A DNA stretch of 64,000 nt from a virus (taxonomy: Duplodnaviria; Caudoviricetes), in the IMG/VR virus record IMGVR_UViG_3300030372_004069, positions 31,523-95,522 of that record. One strand, 5' to 3'. Below the pieces are notes generated by a model. That model did no database searches, had not been told where the DNA came from, and worked only from the letters and a program-made list of their open reading frames with translations. The first letter of the stretch is position 1. Each line of letters begins with the position of its first letter. Shown here piece after piece: positions 50,900 to 59,809 of the stretch. Both the position numbers and the translations under genes were made by a program.

Positions 50900-51615
50900 A
50901 TCTACGTTTGGGGGATTGTTTAGACATTCTCCCTACATTATCAGATAATAGTATTGATATGGTGATGGTAGATTTGCCCTATGGTACAACGGCTTGCAAG
51001 TGGGATAGTATTATCCCTCTTGATAAATTGTGGGAACAATATAACCGAGTATGTAAACAAGATGGTGCAATGGTATTTACTGCTGCTCAACCATTTACAA
51101 CGGTGTTGGCATCATCTAATATTAAGAACTTTAAGTATGAATGGATATGGGAGAAACCCCAAGGAACTAATCCTATGAACGCCAAAGTCATGCCACTAAA
51201 GTCACATGAGAATATATTGGTATTCTATAGAAATAAACCAACATATAATCCTCAAATGTGGTATTCTACTCCTTACAGTGGATTTAAATCGGATACTGCA
51301 AAGATCGGTGAAGTCTATGGTGAAGCACAGTCTAAACATAGAGACAATCCTGAAGGATCACGTTACCCTAAGACTATATTAAAATATAAGCAAGAGAAGG
51401 GATTACACCCTACACAGAAACCAGTAGGATTGATGGAGTATTTAATTAAGACATATACCAATGAAGGTGAAACTGTTCTTGATAATACTATGGGGTCAGG
51501 TACTACTGGATTAGCCTGTATTAATAATAATAGAAATTTTATAGGTATTGAAATGGATGAAAAATATTATAAAATTGCAGAAGAAAGAATTAATGTTGGG
51601 AGACTTCCAATTTAA
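50893..51615 (+). CDS. DNA methyltransferase (N6A/N4C, beta class)
   Basis: GDCL, DLPYG, HPTQKP, LDNTMGSGTTG, FIGIE. Confidence 0.93.
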   Translation: MVDLRLGDCLDILPTLSDNSIDMVMVDLPYGTTACKWDSIIPLDKLWEQYNRVCKQDGAMVFTAAQPFTTVLASSNIKNFKYEWIWEKPQGTNPMNAKVMPLKSHENILVFYRNKPTYNPQMWYSTPYSGFKSDTAKIGEVYGEAQSKHRDNPEGSRYPKTILKYKQEKGLHPTQKPVGLMEYLIKTYTNEGETVLDNTMGSGTTGLACINNNRNFIGIEMDEKYYKIAEERINVGRLPI

Positions 51616-51660
51616 GAACTGTCACAAGACCCTATACAGGGGTCTTTTTTATGCTATAAT
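51606..51660 (+). promoter_or_regulatory. early promoter cassette copy 2
   Basis: TCCA-N10-TGTC, AAGACCC/GGGTCTT hairpin, TGCTATAAT. Confidence 0.75.
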
Positions 51661-51681
51661 ATATTCAGTTACAAAACATTA

Positions 51682-52860
51682 ATGCCATTACGTCCACACC
51701 AAATTGATGCTCTGGATGCTATGGCAAACAATCCAAAGGGTCAAGTTATCGTGCCTACAGGTGGTGGTAAGACCATGTGTATGATAGAGGATGCTAAAAC
51801 AGTATTCCGTACACAAGAGGTTGCAACCATTGTCGTAGTCGCTCCACGTATCCTATTAGCACAGCAACTATGTTCTGAGTTTATGGAACAGATTGATGAT
51901 GTTCATGTATTACATGTTCATAGTGGTGAGACTGAATATAATTCTACAACAAAGGTAGATCAGATAAGACTTCATAACTTCATGTGTTATGAAACAGATT
52001 CTCATCAAATCATCTTTACAACATATCATTCACTACATAGAATACAAGAGAGTGATATTGTAGTTGATGTAGTTTACTTTGATGAGGCACATAATTCAGT
52101 TCAGAGAAACTTCATTGAACCTGTAGAGCATTTCTCAATGTATGCTGATCGTTCATACTTCTTTACTGCCACACCTAAGCACAGTCTCACACCATTCAAG
52201 GCAGGTATGAATGATAGTGATATATTTGGTCAGGTTATATGTCAGGTTCCAGCTCCTCAGTTGGTCAAGCAAGGTTATATTCTACCACCAAAGGTGGAAG
52301 TATATGAATCACGTTTGTTAGATAAGCATGAGTTGGTTGCTGATAAAGATTGTGAGCAAATGATAGACTCTATTGATAACCTACAGAAGGATAAGGTACT
52401 CATTTGTGCCAAGTCTACCAAGCAAATCACTAACTTGGTATCACAGACGGATTTCTGTGTTCAATTAAGAGAACGTGGTTATAATTGGATGTATATTACT
52501 GCCAAGACTGGTGCATATATTAATGGTAAGAAGGTTGGTAGAGATATGTTTTTTGAGATATTAAATGAGTGGGGTAAGGATGAATGGACTAAGTTTGTAG
52601 TTCTACATCACAGTATTCTATCTGAGGGTATCAATGTAAATGGTCTTGAGGCCGTCTTGTTCCTAAGATCTATGGATTATATCGGTATCAGTCAAACAAT
52701 CGGTAGAGTGATCCGCAAGGGGGCAACTGATAAGGCATACGGTTTAGTTTGCGTTCCAGTTTACTCTAAGGTTGGTATCTCTACTGCACGTAAAGTAGAA
52801 GCAGTTGTTGATACTATTTTCAACAAGGGTGAAGCAGCAACATCGGTGGTAACAAAATGA
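51682..52860 (+). CDS. SF2 DEAH-box helicase (type III Res-like)
   Basis: LRPHQ, PTGGGKT, DEAH, TATP, SEGI, QTIGRVIR. Confidence 0.92.
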   Translation: MPLRPHQIDALDAMANNPKGQVIVPTGGGKTMCMIEDAKTVFRTQEVATIVVVAPRILLAQQLCSEFMEQIDDVHVLHVHSGETEYNSTTKVDQIRLHNFMCYETDSHQIIFTTYHSLHRIQESDIVVDVVYFDEAHNSVQRNFIEPVEHFSMYADRSYFFTATPKHSLTPFKAGMNDSDIFGQVICQVPAPQLVKQGYILPPKVEVYESRLLDKHELVADKDCEQMIDSIDNLQKDKVLICAKSTKQITNLVSQTDFCVQLRERGYNWMYITAKTGAYINGKKVGRDMFFEILNEWGKDEWTKFVVLHHSILSEGINVNGLEAVLFLRSMDYIGISQTIGRVIRKGATDKAYGLVCVPVYSKVGISTARKVEAVVDTIFNKGEAATSVVTK

Positions 52861-53102
52861 AAAAAGAAATCCCTACAACAGAATACATGCAAGATGGATG
52901 GGATAGTGGCCCTACTGGTTGCCATCCATACAAGAGAGGTTCCCGACATAATAAGATAGGGATGTGGATCATGTGGCTATTCTATGGTATCATTCTTATA
53001 CAGGTAATACATGCTATGTTAGTATTACCATTCTTTCCTATTCCTTTTGCAATACTATTAGGATTAGGTTTTATATGCTATGTGGCATGGAGGGCAACAT
53101 GA
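52857..53102 (+). CDS. small membrane protein
   Basis: Two hydrophobic segments. Confidence 0.55.
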   Translation: MKKEIPTTEYMQDGWDSGPTGCHPYKRGSRHNKIGMWIMWLFYGIILIQVIHAMLVLPFFPIPFAILLGLGFICYVAWRAT

Positions 53103-53332
53103 CTGAGTGGGTAAAAGGATATGAGGATAAGCACTCAAATCCTGTATATAAACATGCCAAGAATCCTGAGAAGTGGGAAGTAAAATCTAATAGGTTAATC
53201 GTATCATATTATGGTGATGGTGGTGCGATTGATATTAGACTTATGGATACTGATAAGGATCTACAACATCAAATAAACATTACTGTTGAGGATGGTAAGT
53301 TAAAGGCAATGGTATCGGAGCAAACTAAATGA
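53099..53332 (+). CDS. hypothetical protein
   Basis: MTEWVKGYEDKH..., ATGA overlaps. Confidence 0.55.
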   Translation: MTEWVKGYEDKHSNPVYKHAKNPEKWEVKSNRLIVSYYGDGGAIDIRLMDTDKDLQHQINITVEDGKLKAMVSEQTK

Positions 53333-54273
53333 AAGATACCATACTCTATGGTGACTGTAGAGAGACTCTATGTGGATTTTTACCACAGAGTGCAAGAGTA
53401 TGTGTTACATCTCCACCATACTACGGTCTGAGAGATTATGGTGGGGAAGATAGTCAAATTGGTCAGGAACAAACACCTGAAGAATACATAGATCAATTAG
53501 TAAACGTATTTAAGGAGGTAAAAAATGTGCTCACAGATGATGGAACTTGTTGGGTTAATCTTGGCGATAGTTACTATAATTACAGACCTGGAAGGGGACA
53601 AGGACTGGCAAAACAAACAGTCTCAAATACTAAACAAGACCTACCAGATGTGTGTCCTCGCAGAGGAAACAAACTTGAAGGATTGAAAGAGAAGGATCTC
53701 ATCGGAATCCCATGGATGTTCGCATTTGCAATGCGAGCTGATGGATGGTATTTAAGACAGGATATTATATGGAATAAACCTAATCCAATGCCTGAGAGTG
53801 TGAGAGATAGATGTACTAAGGCACATGAGTATATCTTTCTATTCAGTAAAAATAAGAAGTATTTCTATGACAATGAAGCAATCAAGGAACCAGCAAAGGA
53901 CTGGGGAACCAGAGACAGAACCAACGGCAAGTATCACAACGAGGGATCAGGATTGGCACCACATAGCGGTCTTACGAAATCATATTCAACAAAGAATAAA
54001 CGATCTGTCTGGTCAGTAACAAAGAAACCATACAAGGGAGCTCACTTTGCTGTATTCCCACCTGACTTGATAGAACCATGTATATTGGCTGGTAGTGAGA
54101 AGGGTGATACCATATTAGATCCATTCATGGGATCAGGAACAACTGCTATGGTGGCAAAGAAGTTAGGAAGGCATTACTTAGGTTGCGAACTACATGAGAA
54201 CTATGGTAATCTAATAGAGGAGAGGGTCTTACCTTATGAGAATAGATTGGAGAAGTTCTTTGAAGACAGTTAA
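53329..54273 (+). CDS. DNA methyltransferase (N4C-type SPPY, beta class)
   Basis: TSPPYY, IIWNKPNPMPES, HFAVFP, LDPFMGSGTT. Confidence 0.95.
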   Translation: MKDTILYGDCRETLCGFLPQSARVCVTSPPYYGLRDYGGEDSQIGQEQTPEEYIDQLVNVFKEVKNVLTDDGTCWVNLGDSYYNYRPGRGQGLAKQTVSNTKQDLPDVCPRRGNKLEGLKEKDLIGIPWMFAFAMRADGWYLRQDIIWNKPNPMPESVRDRCTKAHEYIFLFSKNKKYFYDNEAIKEPAKDWGTRDRTNGKYHNEGSGLAPHSGLTKSYSTKNKRSVWSVTKKPYKGAHFAVFPPDLIEPCILAGSEKGDTILDPFMGSGTTAMVAKKLGRHYLGCELHENYGNLIEERVLPYENRLEKFFEDS

Positions 54274-54742
54274 GAGGCACAGGTATAAAGATAAGAAGAT
54301 ATTTGAGACAAGAAAACTTGTCTTTGAACCTTATGCGTTTAGTGAACTGAATATGTGTCTGGTAACAGGACTCATACAAAAGAATCTCACACCTGACTTA
54401 CTGAAGCGTAAGAAGTTAATGTTCAGGTGTGAGATTAACAAGTATTATGGTCATTGTTATCATGCTACACAGGCATTATATTATTTGATGGACACTGACA
54501 AGTTAGTACCTATGAGTGGTGAGGATTACCGAGGAGAGAAGCACTGGTGGTTACAGAATGAGGATAACATATATGATTGCACTGCCGAGCAATACTGGAC
54601 GGTTGGTAAACTGCCACCCTACCATGTGGGTAAGAAGTCTAAGTGGTATGGATGGCAGCAAAGACCTCAACAGGCATCATTGGATTTAATGGTCAAGGTG
54701 TTGGGTGATCGCTTAATTGATGATAATGTTACGAATTCGTAA
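54236..54742 (+). CDS. hypothetical protein
   Basis: GHCYHATQALY...HWWL...D, a Cys/His/Asp pattern. Confidence 0.6.
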   Translation: MRIDWRSSLKTVKRHRYKDKKIFETRKLVFEPYAFSELNMCLVTGLIQKNLTPDLLKRKKLMFRCEINKYYGHCYHATQALYYLMDTDKLVPMSGEDYRGEKHWWLQNEDNIYDCTAEQYWTVGKLPPYHVGKKSKWYGWQQRPQQASLDLMVKVLGDRLIDDNVTNS

Positions 54743-54776
54743 CATATTTGTGCAAAATCTAATTTATATGTATAAT
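54726..54776 (+). promoter_or_regulatory. 20-bp perfect palindrome plus sigma70 promoter
   Basis: ATGTTACGAATTCGTAACAT, then TTGTGC-N17-TATAAT. Confidence 0.65.
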
Positions 54777-54882
54777 ACATATTAACGACTAGCGTAAGTT
54801 TACTTACAGCATACATTTAAGGTGTATGTGATAGTCAAGTCAACGGAACCATATTAATTTGTTCCACTATAAGAGGAAAACT

Positions 54883-56073
54883 ATGTTATTAGTTTTAAAG
54901 AAAACATTAAACCTTGTCGCTCTCGCTGTTGAGAATGTTAAGGATACTGTTCTAAGAGGATTATCTCATCTAGGTATTATAGATGATATGCCAAAGAATC
55001 TTTTAAATTTAGAAGATGTTTTGGAAGATAAAAGAAAAGGGTTATATACAGATAAAGATTCTGTAGTTGTTGCAGCAAGACTGTGTGATCTACTTTCAGA
55101 TCCCACATACAATCGCACAGAGGATATCAGTTATGGTAATTGTGAAAGAGATTTGAAGCAACTCAAAGGTTTTTCATATAAAGCATCTGGTATTCTTTTT
55201 GCATTTGTAAGGCCTGACGGAAAAGTTGTTGTAACACAAGGTAATCACCGTACTACTATGTTATGGATGGTTACTGAAGACCCAAATGTAAGAATACCAG
55301 TCAATCTTAATTTTCATCCTGAAGATATTTCAGTGGAAAGAATGATAGAGATTGAATCAGAGAACCATAATGCCGATTGTGCTTTCAGGTCTAACCAAGA
55401 TAATGATAGCAAGTTTAAGTCTGCATTTTTCTCTAAGCAATCTTGGGCGTTACTAATCTTTCAATTTCTAACACCCTTTTGGATTGGTATTGCAGGTACT
55501 TTGCAAAATGCAAGGTTTAGATGTCATTCTTACAATTACATCTCAAAAGCAAGAAAAGAGGCTGGTGATGATGATGTAAAGACTGTACTTAATGTCTTTA
55601 CAGGTTTATACAAAGATATTGAGAATCCTAATGTAGAGATTCTAGGTAACTTTGTACGAGCTGGAGCTGTATTTCTCAATGTGTTTGGTAAGCATATTTC
55701 AGAAGTAAATGCGAAAAATAATGATGTAGATTCATTTGCTGGAATGATTGAATATTATTTCAGAGATATGGAGATACAACTAAAAAAAGCCAGAAATGCT
55801 GGATACCCTATTGCCATCAAACAAAATATCACACAGGCTGATATTTGTAAAGGTAGTAAAGTTTATAAAGGAATTGAACTCTATGTTTGTAGATTCATAA
55901 GTCTTTATAATGATTATGTGGAAACACAAGGTTGGGATATTTCAGGTAGGAATTCAACTGCTATTCCTATTATCGAAGGTAGAGAATTTGCAAACTTTAC
56001 ATCCAAACTTGACCCCTTTTTCAGACAAACTCTTGCTGAAGTTGCTAAAGCACCAGTAGTCCACAACAAATAG
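54883..56073 (+). CDS. ParB/Srx-like N-terminal domain protein
   Basis: DPTYNR, VRPDG..VVTQGNHRT motif; AGAGGA RBS. Confidence 0.6.
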   Translation: MLLVLKKTLNLVALAVENVKDTVLRGLSHLGIIDDMPKNLLNLEDVLEDKRKGLYTDKDSVVVAARLCDLLSDPTYNRTEDISYGNCERDLKQLKGFSYKASGILFAFVRPDGKVVVTQGNHRTTMLWMVTEDPNVRIPVNLNFHPEDISVERMIEIESENHNADCAFRSNQDNDSKFKSAFFSKQSWALLIFQFLTPFWIGIAGTLQNARFRCHSYNYISKARKEAGDDDVKTVLNVFTGLYKDIENPNVEILGNFVRAGAVFLNVFGKHISEVNAKNNDVDSFAGMIEYYFRDMEIQLKKARNAGYPIAIKQNITQADICKGSKVYKGIELYVCRFISLYNDYVETQGWDISGRNSTAIPIIEGREFANFTSKLDPFFRQTLAEVAKAPVVHNK

Positions 56074-56076
56074 TTA

Positions 56077-56133
56077 GACAGTCTTAATACTGTCACAAGA
56101 GGGGTCGTCAAGACCCCTTTTTTATTATATAAT
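56077..56133 (+). promoter_or_regulatory. early promoter cassette copy 3
   Basis: GACAG-N8-CTGTC, AGGGGTC/GACCCCT hairpin, TATAAT. Confidence 0.75.
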
Positions 56134-56158
56134 ATGAACATACCAAACGAGGAATCCC

Positions 56159-56299
56159 ATGCGTTGTGAAGTTAAACTCTATGTTGCTGGTCAAGTCTTC
56201 TATGAGGAGGTCAATGCACGTAACTATGATGATGCCAGAGAGACAGCTCTCGCAAGAAATCCAACTGCTACTGTTATAGCCGTCAATGCGAAATTCTAA
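56159..56299 (+). CDS. small conserved cyanophage protein (46 aa)
   Basis: Not in track. MRCEVKLYVAGQVFYEEVNARNYDDARETALARNP...; GAGG RBS. Confidence 0.75.
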   Translation: MRCEVKLYVAGQVFYEEVNARNYDDARETALARNPTATVIAVNAKF

Positions 56300-56495
56300 C
56301 TATCAAACCTTCTATAAGGAGGAGATAAAGAATAAGACTGGTTATGTTACCAAAGATGGTACATGGGCAGCAATTCCAACTACGGGTGGTGGTAAGAAAC
56401 TTGCCATCATTCATAATGGAGAGCATGTTCACACTTGCAGAAATTTTGACTCTGCTAAGTCATACATATTAAGAGAAAGTAGGAAATCTAAATGA
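56286..56495 (+). CDS. hypothetical protein
   Basis: GYVTKDGTWAAIP...IIHNGE. Confidence 0.65.
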   Translation: MRNSNYQTFYKEEIKNKTGYVTKDGTWAAIPTTGGGKKLAIIHNGEHVHTCRNFDSAKSYILRESRKSK

Positions 56496-56797
56496 GTGAA
56501 ACTAAACAAGATAAATGGAATCGTGGAAGGACTCTCTTTCTTGAATCTGTACATAAACCAGATCATGAGTTAAGAGGATGTGCCCACAATCAAGAGTGTT
56601 TCCATGAATTAATGGAGATAAGAGAACAGGTTATTAAAATTGTTCAAGAACTGGAAAATCCACATACTCCACCATTAGCATTTGGTAAGAAGAATAATCA
56701 TGTGGAACCTACAATTACTACTCCTCATGGTGAGATTAGTGAAACTCTAATGAGTGGAGCATTAGGTGATTATTATGCAGACAAGAGGGAGTATTAG
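56492..56797 (+). CDS. hypothetical protein
   Basis: KWNRG..LFLESVHKPDHELRGCAHNQEC. Confidence 0.65.
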   Translation: MSETKQDKWNRGRTLFLESVHKPDHELRGCAHNQECFHELMEIREQVIKIVQELENPHTPPLAFGKKNNHVEPTITTPHGEISETLMSGALGDYYADKREY

Positions 56798-56991
56798 TGA
56801 CTGAAGAAGAATTGGAGGAACAGAGATGTATAGATGATGATTATCATGTAATCAATCATTATTACAGAGCTAAAAGGTTACATCCTAATATACCATTCTA
56901 CTTACAAGATGAAAATGGTCAAACATTTGAGTTTAAGTGGGATCTTATTTATCAATATATTGGGAAACTGAGTGATCATAAGATATACTAA
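56797..56991 (+). CDS. hypothetical protein
   Basis: GTG start overlapping upstream stop. Confidence 0.5.
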   Translation: MTEEELEEQRCIDDDYHVINHYYRAKRLHPNIPFYLQDENGQTFEFKWDLIYQYIGKLSDHKIY

Positions 56992-57012
56992 TAGGCATAA
57001 ATTTTTGTTAAA

Positions 57013-57028
57013 TGTATCAGGGAATACA
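57013..57028. promoter_or_regulatory. NtcA-type binding box
   Basis: TGTA-TCAGGGAA-TACA; TGnTAGAAT -10 at 57052. Confidence 0.6.
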
Positions 57029-57114
57029 GACACAATTTGTCTAAATAATGATAGAATTAGGGATAACAAGATGATCTAAATCTCTTTGTTATTGTAGTTC
57101 ATTTGGAGGCAATT

Positions 57115-57270
57115 ATGCACAACTTAATTTCATTTAATCAACTAGCTGGATCTTATAAAGAAAAAACGGATTCACAAGATGATTTACTCACCGAATACTA
57201 CGAGTGTCTAATTGACTGTGACGAAGACCAACATGTTTGTAAACGTATATGTAAGGAGGTTTTAATTTAA
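57115..57270 (+). CDS. small 4-Cys protein (51 aa)
   Basis: Not in track. MHNLISFNQLAG...EYYECLIDCDEDQHVCKRICKEVLI; GGAGG RBS. Confidence 0.8.
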   Translation: MHNLISFNQLAGSYKEKTDSQDDLLTEYYECLIDCDEDQHVCKRICKEVLI

Positions 57271-57347
57271 ATCAAGTACACGTTTAAACTAAAAGCAACA
57301 TGAACAAATATCAACACCCACCTTAAGTAAATTGTATAGTAAATCCT

Positions 57348-57382
57348 AAGCCCTTGACTTAATAAGTCAGGGGTTTTATAAT
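57348..57382 (+). promoter_or_regulatory. hairpin/terminator overlapping a sigma70 promoter
   Basis: CCCTTGACTT-aat-AAGTCAGGGG-TTTT; TTGACT-N17-TATAAT. Confidence 0.7.
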
Positions 57383-57402
57383 GTGTAAAATTTGGAAGAA
57401 AC

Positions 57403-57552
57403 ATGACCAAAAGATCGGAGAAGGAAATCATAGCAGCCTTCACTCACATGGCCACTGCTGAATTGAAGGGAACTATAGAACATTTTACTACTTATGGCCA
57501 GTCAGGGAGAAGTAGTAAGAAGATTGTAATAGAATATAATATAAAAGAATAG
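57403..57552 (+). CDS. hypothetical protein (49 aa)
   Basis: MTKRSEKEII...SSKKIVIEYNIKE. Confidence 0.55.
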   Translation: MTKRSEKEIIAAFTHMATAELKGTIEHFTTYGQSGRSSKKIVIEYNIKE

Positions 57553-57560
57553 GAGGAATT

Positions 57561-57833
57561 ATGCAACCCCAAATTAACATAGATTCTCTTTATGATGAGA
57601 TGAGAGTGATGAGAGATCACTTACTGAATAGAATAGAATTACTTGAGAGTGATGTAGAGATATTAACAAAAGAGAATATGGATTATGCAAAGCAAATGTA
57701 TCAACTGGAGAATTACCTTGAAGATCGTATAGATACTATGTTAGAATATCTTAAGACAATCAAAAATAATGAAGGATTGGAGTATAAAAAAGGCAGCAAA
57801 GAAATTAATAAAGAGAGCAAAGAAACACCCTGA
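57561..57833 (+). CDS. coiled-coil hypothetical protein
   Basis: AGGAGG RBS. Confidence 0.6.
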   Translation: MQPQINIDSLYDEMRVMRDHLLNRIELLESDVEILTKENMDYAKQMYQLENYLEDRIDTMLEYLKTIKNNEGLEYKKGSKEINKESKETP

Positions 57834-57924
57834 ATTGTACACTGAAAAGGAAATTTATTATGCTAAACAAGTTAGGAAACAAATCAAAGATGAAGAACGA
57901 CAGTCTAAAGATACATCAGAATGA
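57769..57924 (+). CDS. basic hypothetical protein (51 aa)
   Basis: MKDWSIKKAAKKLIKRAKKHPELYTEKEIYYAK... Confidence 0.55.
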   Translation: MKDWSIKKAAKKLIKRAKKHPELYTEKEIYYAKQVRKQIKDEERQSKDTSE

Positions 57925-58048
57925 AGATGGTTCATTTAGTATGGAATGGGATAAGCAAGATCCTAATTGGAAGTTTCTAAATGACTTGACATCTAAAGAG
58001 ATTCAAGTTATTATTGAACAAGCTATTAAATATGATACTAATGGATAA
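57890..58048 (+). CDS. hypothetical protein
   Basis: NEDGSFSMEWDKQDP.W.FLN. Confidence 0.6.
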   Translation: MKNDSLKIHQNEDGSFSMEWDKQDPNWKFLNDLTSKEIQVIIEQAIKYDTNG

Positions 58049-58394
58049 TTACAAGGCCTATTCATTGCAGGAACTTGAAGTGTGGGTACGAGAAGCAGTA
58101 GAAGCAGATTGCACCCCTAAAGAAATATATGATTCTATTATCACTACAGTAAAGAGTAATATGAAGTATCATAGAGCATGTTATAGAGATAGTGTGAAAC
58201 TTCTTTCATTATTAAGAGGAAGTAAGCATGAGTTTGAGATAATTGAGAATAATAATATGTCAGAAGAAAGTGCATATTGGGAAGGTAGATTGGATGGAAA
58301 AGAGTTTGAGGATGCACTTAATAAGTATGGGTATGAATATACTCCTAAGAGTGACCCGATTACAGGTAATATTGATATTCATACTGATAAATAA
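58041..58394 (+). CDS. hypothetical protein
   Basis: YSLQELEVWVREA... Confidence 0.6.
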   Translation: MDNYKAYSLQELEVWVREAVEADCTPKEIYDSIITTVKSNMKYHRACYRDSVKLLSLLRGSKHEFEIIENNNMSEESAYWEGRLDGKEFEDALNKYGYEYTPKSDPITGNIDIHTDK

Positions 58395-58588
58395 TGGCTC
58401 TTTCAACTACAACAATAGAACATTTACTAGAGGCACAGGGATGTTTACGTGCAGCTCTTAAATCGGCTGCAGTCAATGAGAAACCTTTAGTTATCCATCA
58501 ATTATCTAAACTGTTGATGGATATTGAACACTGTGAGAGTTTTGAGAAATTAATGGATGTAATGGATGATCATAGTAATTCTAGTTAA
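58394..58588 (+). CDS. hypothetical protein
   Basis: MALS...LLEAQGCLRAALKSAAVNEKP. Confidence 0.65.
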   Translation: MALSTTTIEHLLEAQGCLRAALKSAAVNEKPLVIHQLSKLLMDIEHCESFEKLMDVMDDHSNSS

Positions 58589-58677
58589 GAATTATTATCA
58601 TAGTATGAAGACAATGTAAAGTTTATAGATATTTTATATAACTTATGTTATGATATCAACAAATACTTCTTCTTCCA

Positions 58678-58896
58678 ATGATTAACTTAGACGAAAGATA
58701 CCACGATTACTTACAAAAAGGTAAAACATTAAGAATAGATGGTGTTAGTGAACGTCTTCAGGCCTATGGATGGCATTGTGATGGAAATGACATAAAAGGA
58801 TACTATTTGACGACAGAAAACTATAAATTGTATTATAATATGAACGAACAATTCATCAAAATGGAAGCACTCAGGGAGGCCGTACTAGATGTCTGA
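58678..58896 (+). CDS. hypothetical protein
   Basis: MINLDERYHDYL...YGWHCDG. Confidence 0.65.
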   Translation: MINLDERYHDYLQKGKTLRIDGVSERLQAYGWHCDGNDIKGYYLTTENYKLYYNMNEQFIKMEALREAVLDV

Positions 58897-59155
58897 AATT
58901 AAGCACGATTTAGAACATGAAGTGTATCTTGATCCCAAAGATGGGAAAGAACATATTAATCATGGCAAAATGGAATACACAAAAGCAGATTTAGAATCTG
59001 CTCATGCCTATTATGACGAGTATCATAAAGGAGAAGAGGTGGATAGTAATGATGGTGCTATTAATGATTACCATACAAGGCATCAGGATCAACACCTAGA
59101 AATCTACTGTGACAATCATCCTGACGCAGAAGAGTGTAGAGTGTACGATGACTAG
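58889..59155 (+). CDS. cp12: CP12-like Calvin cycle regulator
   Basis: C-terminal LEIYCDNHPDAEECRVYDD, the CP12 Cys-pair motif. Confidence 0.85.
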   Translation: MSEIKHDLEHEVYLDPKDGKEHINHGKMEYTKADLESAHAYYDEYHKGEEVDSNDGAINDYHTRHQDQHLEIYCDNHPDAEECRVYDD

Positions 59156-59211
59156 GACAGTTTAGATAGTGTCACAAGGCCCCTTCACAGGGGTCTTTTT
59201 TTTGCTATAAT
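59156..59211 (+). promoter_or_regulatory. early promoter cassette copy 4
   Basis: GACA-N10-TGTC, AAGGCCCC-ttcaca-GGGGTCTT, TGCTATAAT. Confidence 0.8.
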
Positions 59212-59219
59212 AAGCACAT

Positions 59220-59309
59220 GGGAAAACAAACGAGGTTCCTAACTACTCTGACTTAGAAGCAGAGACATGATGTTAAGGTAATGCACTGCCCCCTCAGTTT
59301 TGTTTTCTC
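59220..59309 (+). ncRNA. putative structured leader RNA
   Basis: GGGAAAACAAA/TTTGTTTTCTC, GAGG/CCTC, CCTAAC/GTTAAGG, CTCTG/CAGAG nested helices starting at the predicted TSS. Confidence 0.55.
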
Positions 59310-59333
59310 TCACCAATTACCCCCCTTTTTTAA

Positions 59334-59759
59334 ATGGCAACAAGATCAAGGATTGGAATACAACTTGCTGATGGTGCCATTCTTTCAGTGTATCATCACT
59401 GGGATGGTTATCCACAGTGGTTAGGTGTTACTCTCAATGAGAAGTTTAACACAAGAGACAAGGTTGCAGAGCTAATTGATGGTGGAGACATCTCATGCTG
59501 CGATTCAGACACCGATTGGGATAGAAATGATGTTCCTAACCATGTATTGTATTACAATGCAAGAGGAGAGAGAACAGAACCACGTTTAGACTTAAATGTG
59601 GATGATTATTTTGATGGTGGAGAAGAGTATGCTTACATCTTCACATTAGATCATACATGGGAGTGCTATGCACTAACTCAAGAGAGAGATGATGACTGGA
59701 ATGTAATACAGACTAATGCAGTTCCAGCAGAAATCCCATCTGAAGTGCCAGCAGAATAA
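59334..59759 (+). CDS. conserved phage hypothetical protein
   Basis: MATRSRIG...SVYHHWDGYP..LG..L, EEYAYIF. Confidence 0.8.
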   Translation: MATRSRIGIQLADGAILSVYHHWDGYPQWLGVTLNEKFNTRDKVAELIDGGDISCCDSDTDWDRNDVPNHVLYYNARGERTEPRLDLNVDDYFDGGEEYAYIFTLDHTWECYALTQERDDDWNVIQTNAVPAEIPSEVPAE

Positions 59760-59803
59760 CTGGCACACATGGGGTTGCCAGACCCCCTCAAAACTGGTAT
59801 TAT
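59747..59803 (+). promoter_or_regulatory. early promoter cassette copy 5
   Basis: GTGCCAG-N8-CTGGCAC, GGGGT/ACCCC hairpin, TTGCCA-N17-TATTAT. Confidence 0.7.
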
Positions 59804-59809
59804 ATAAAT

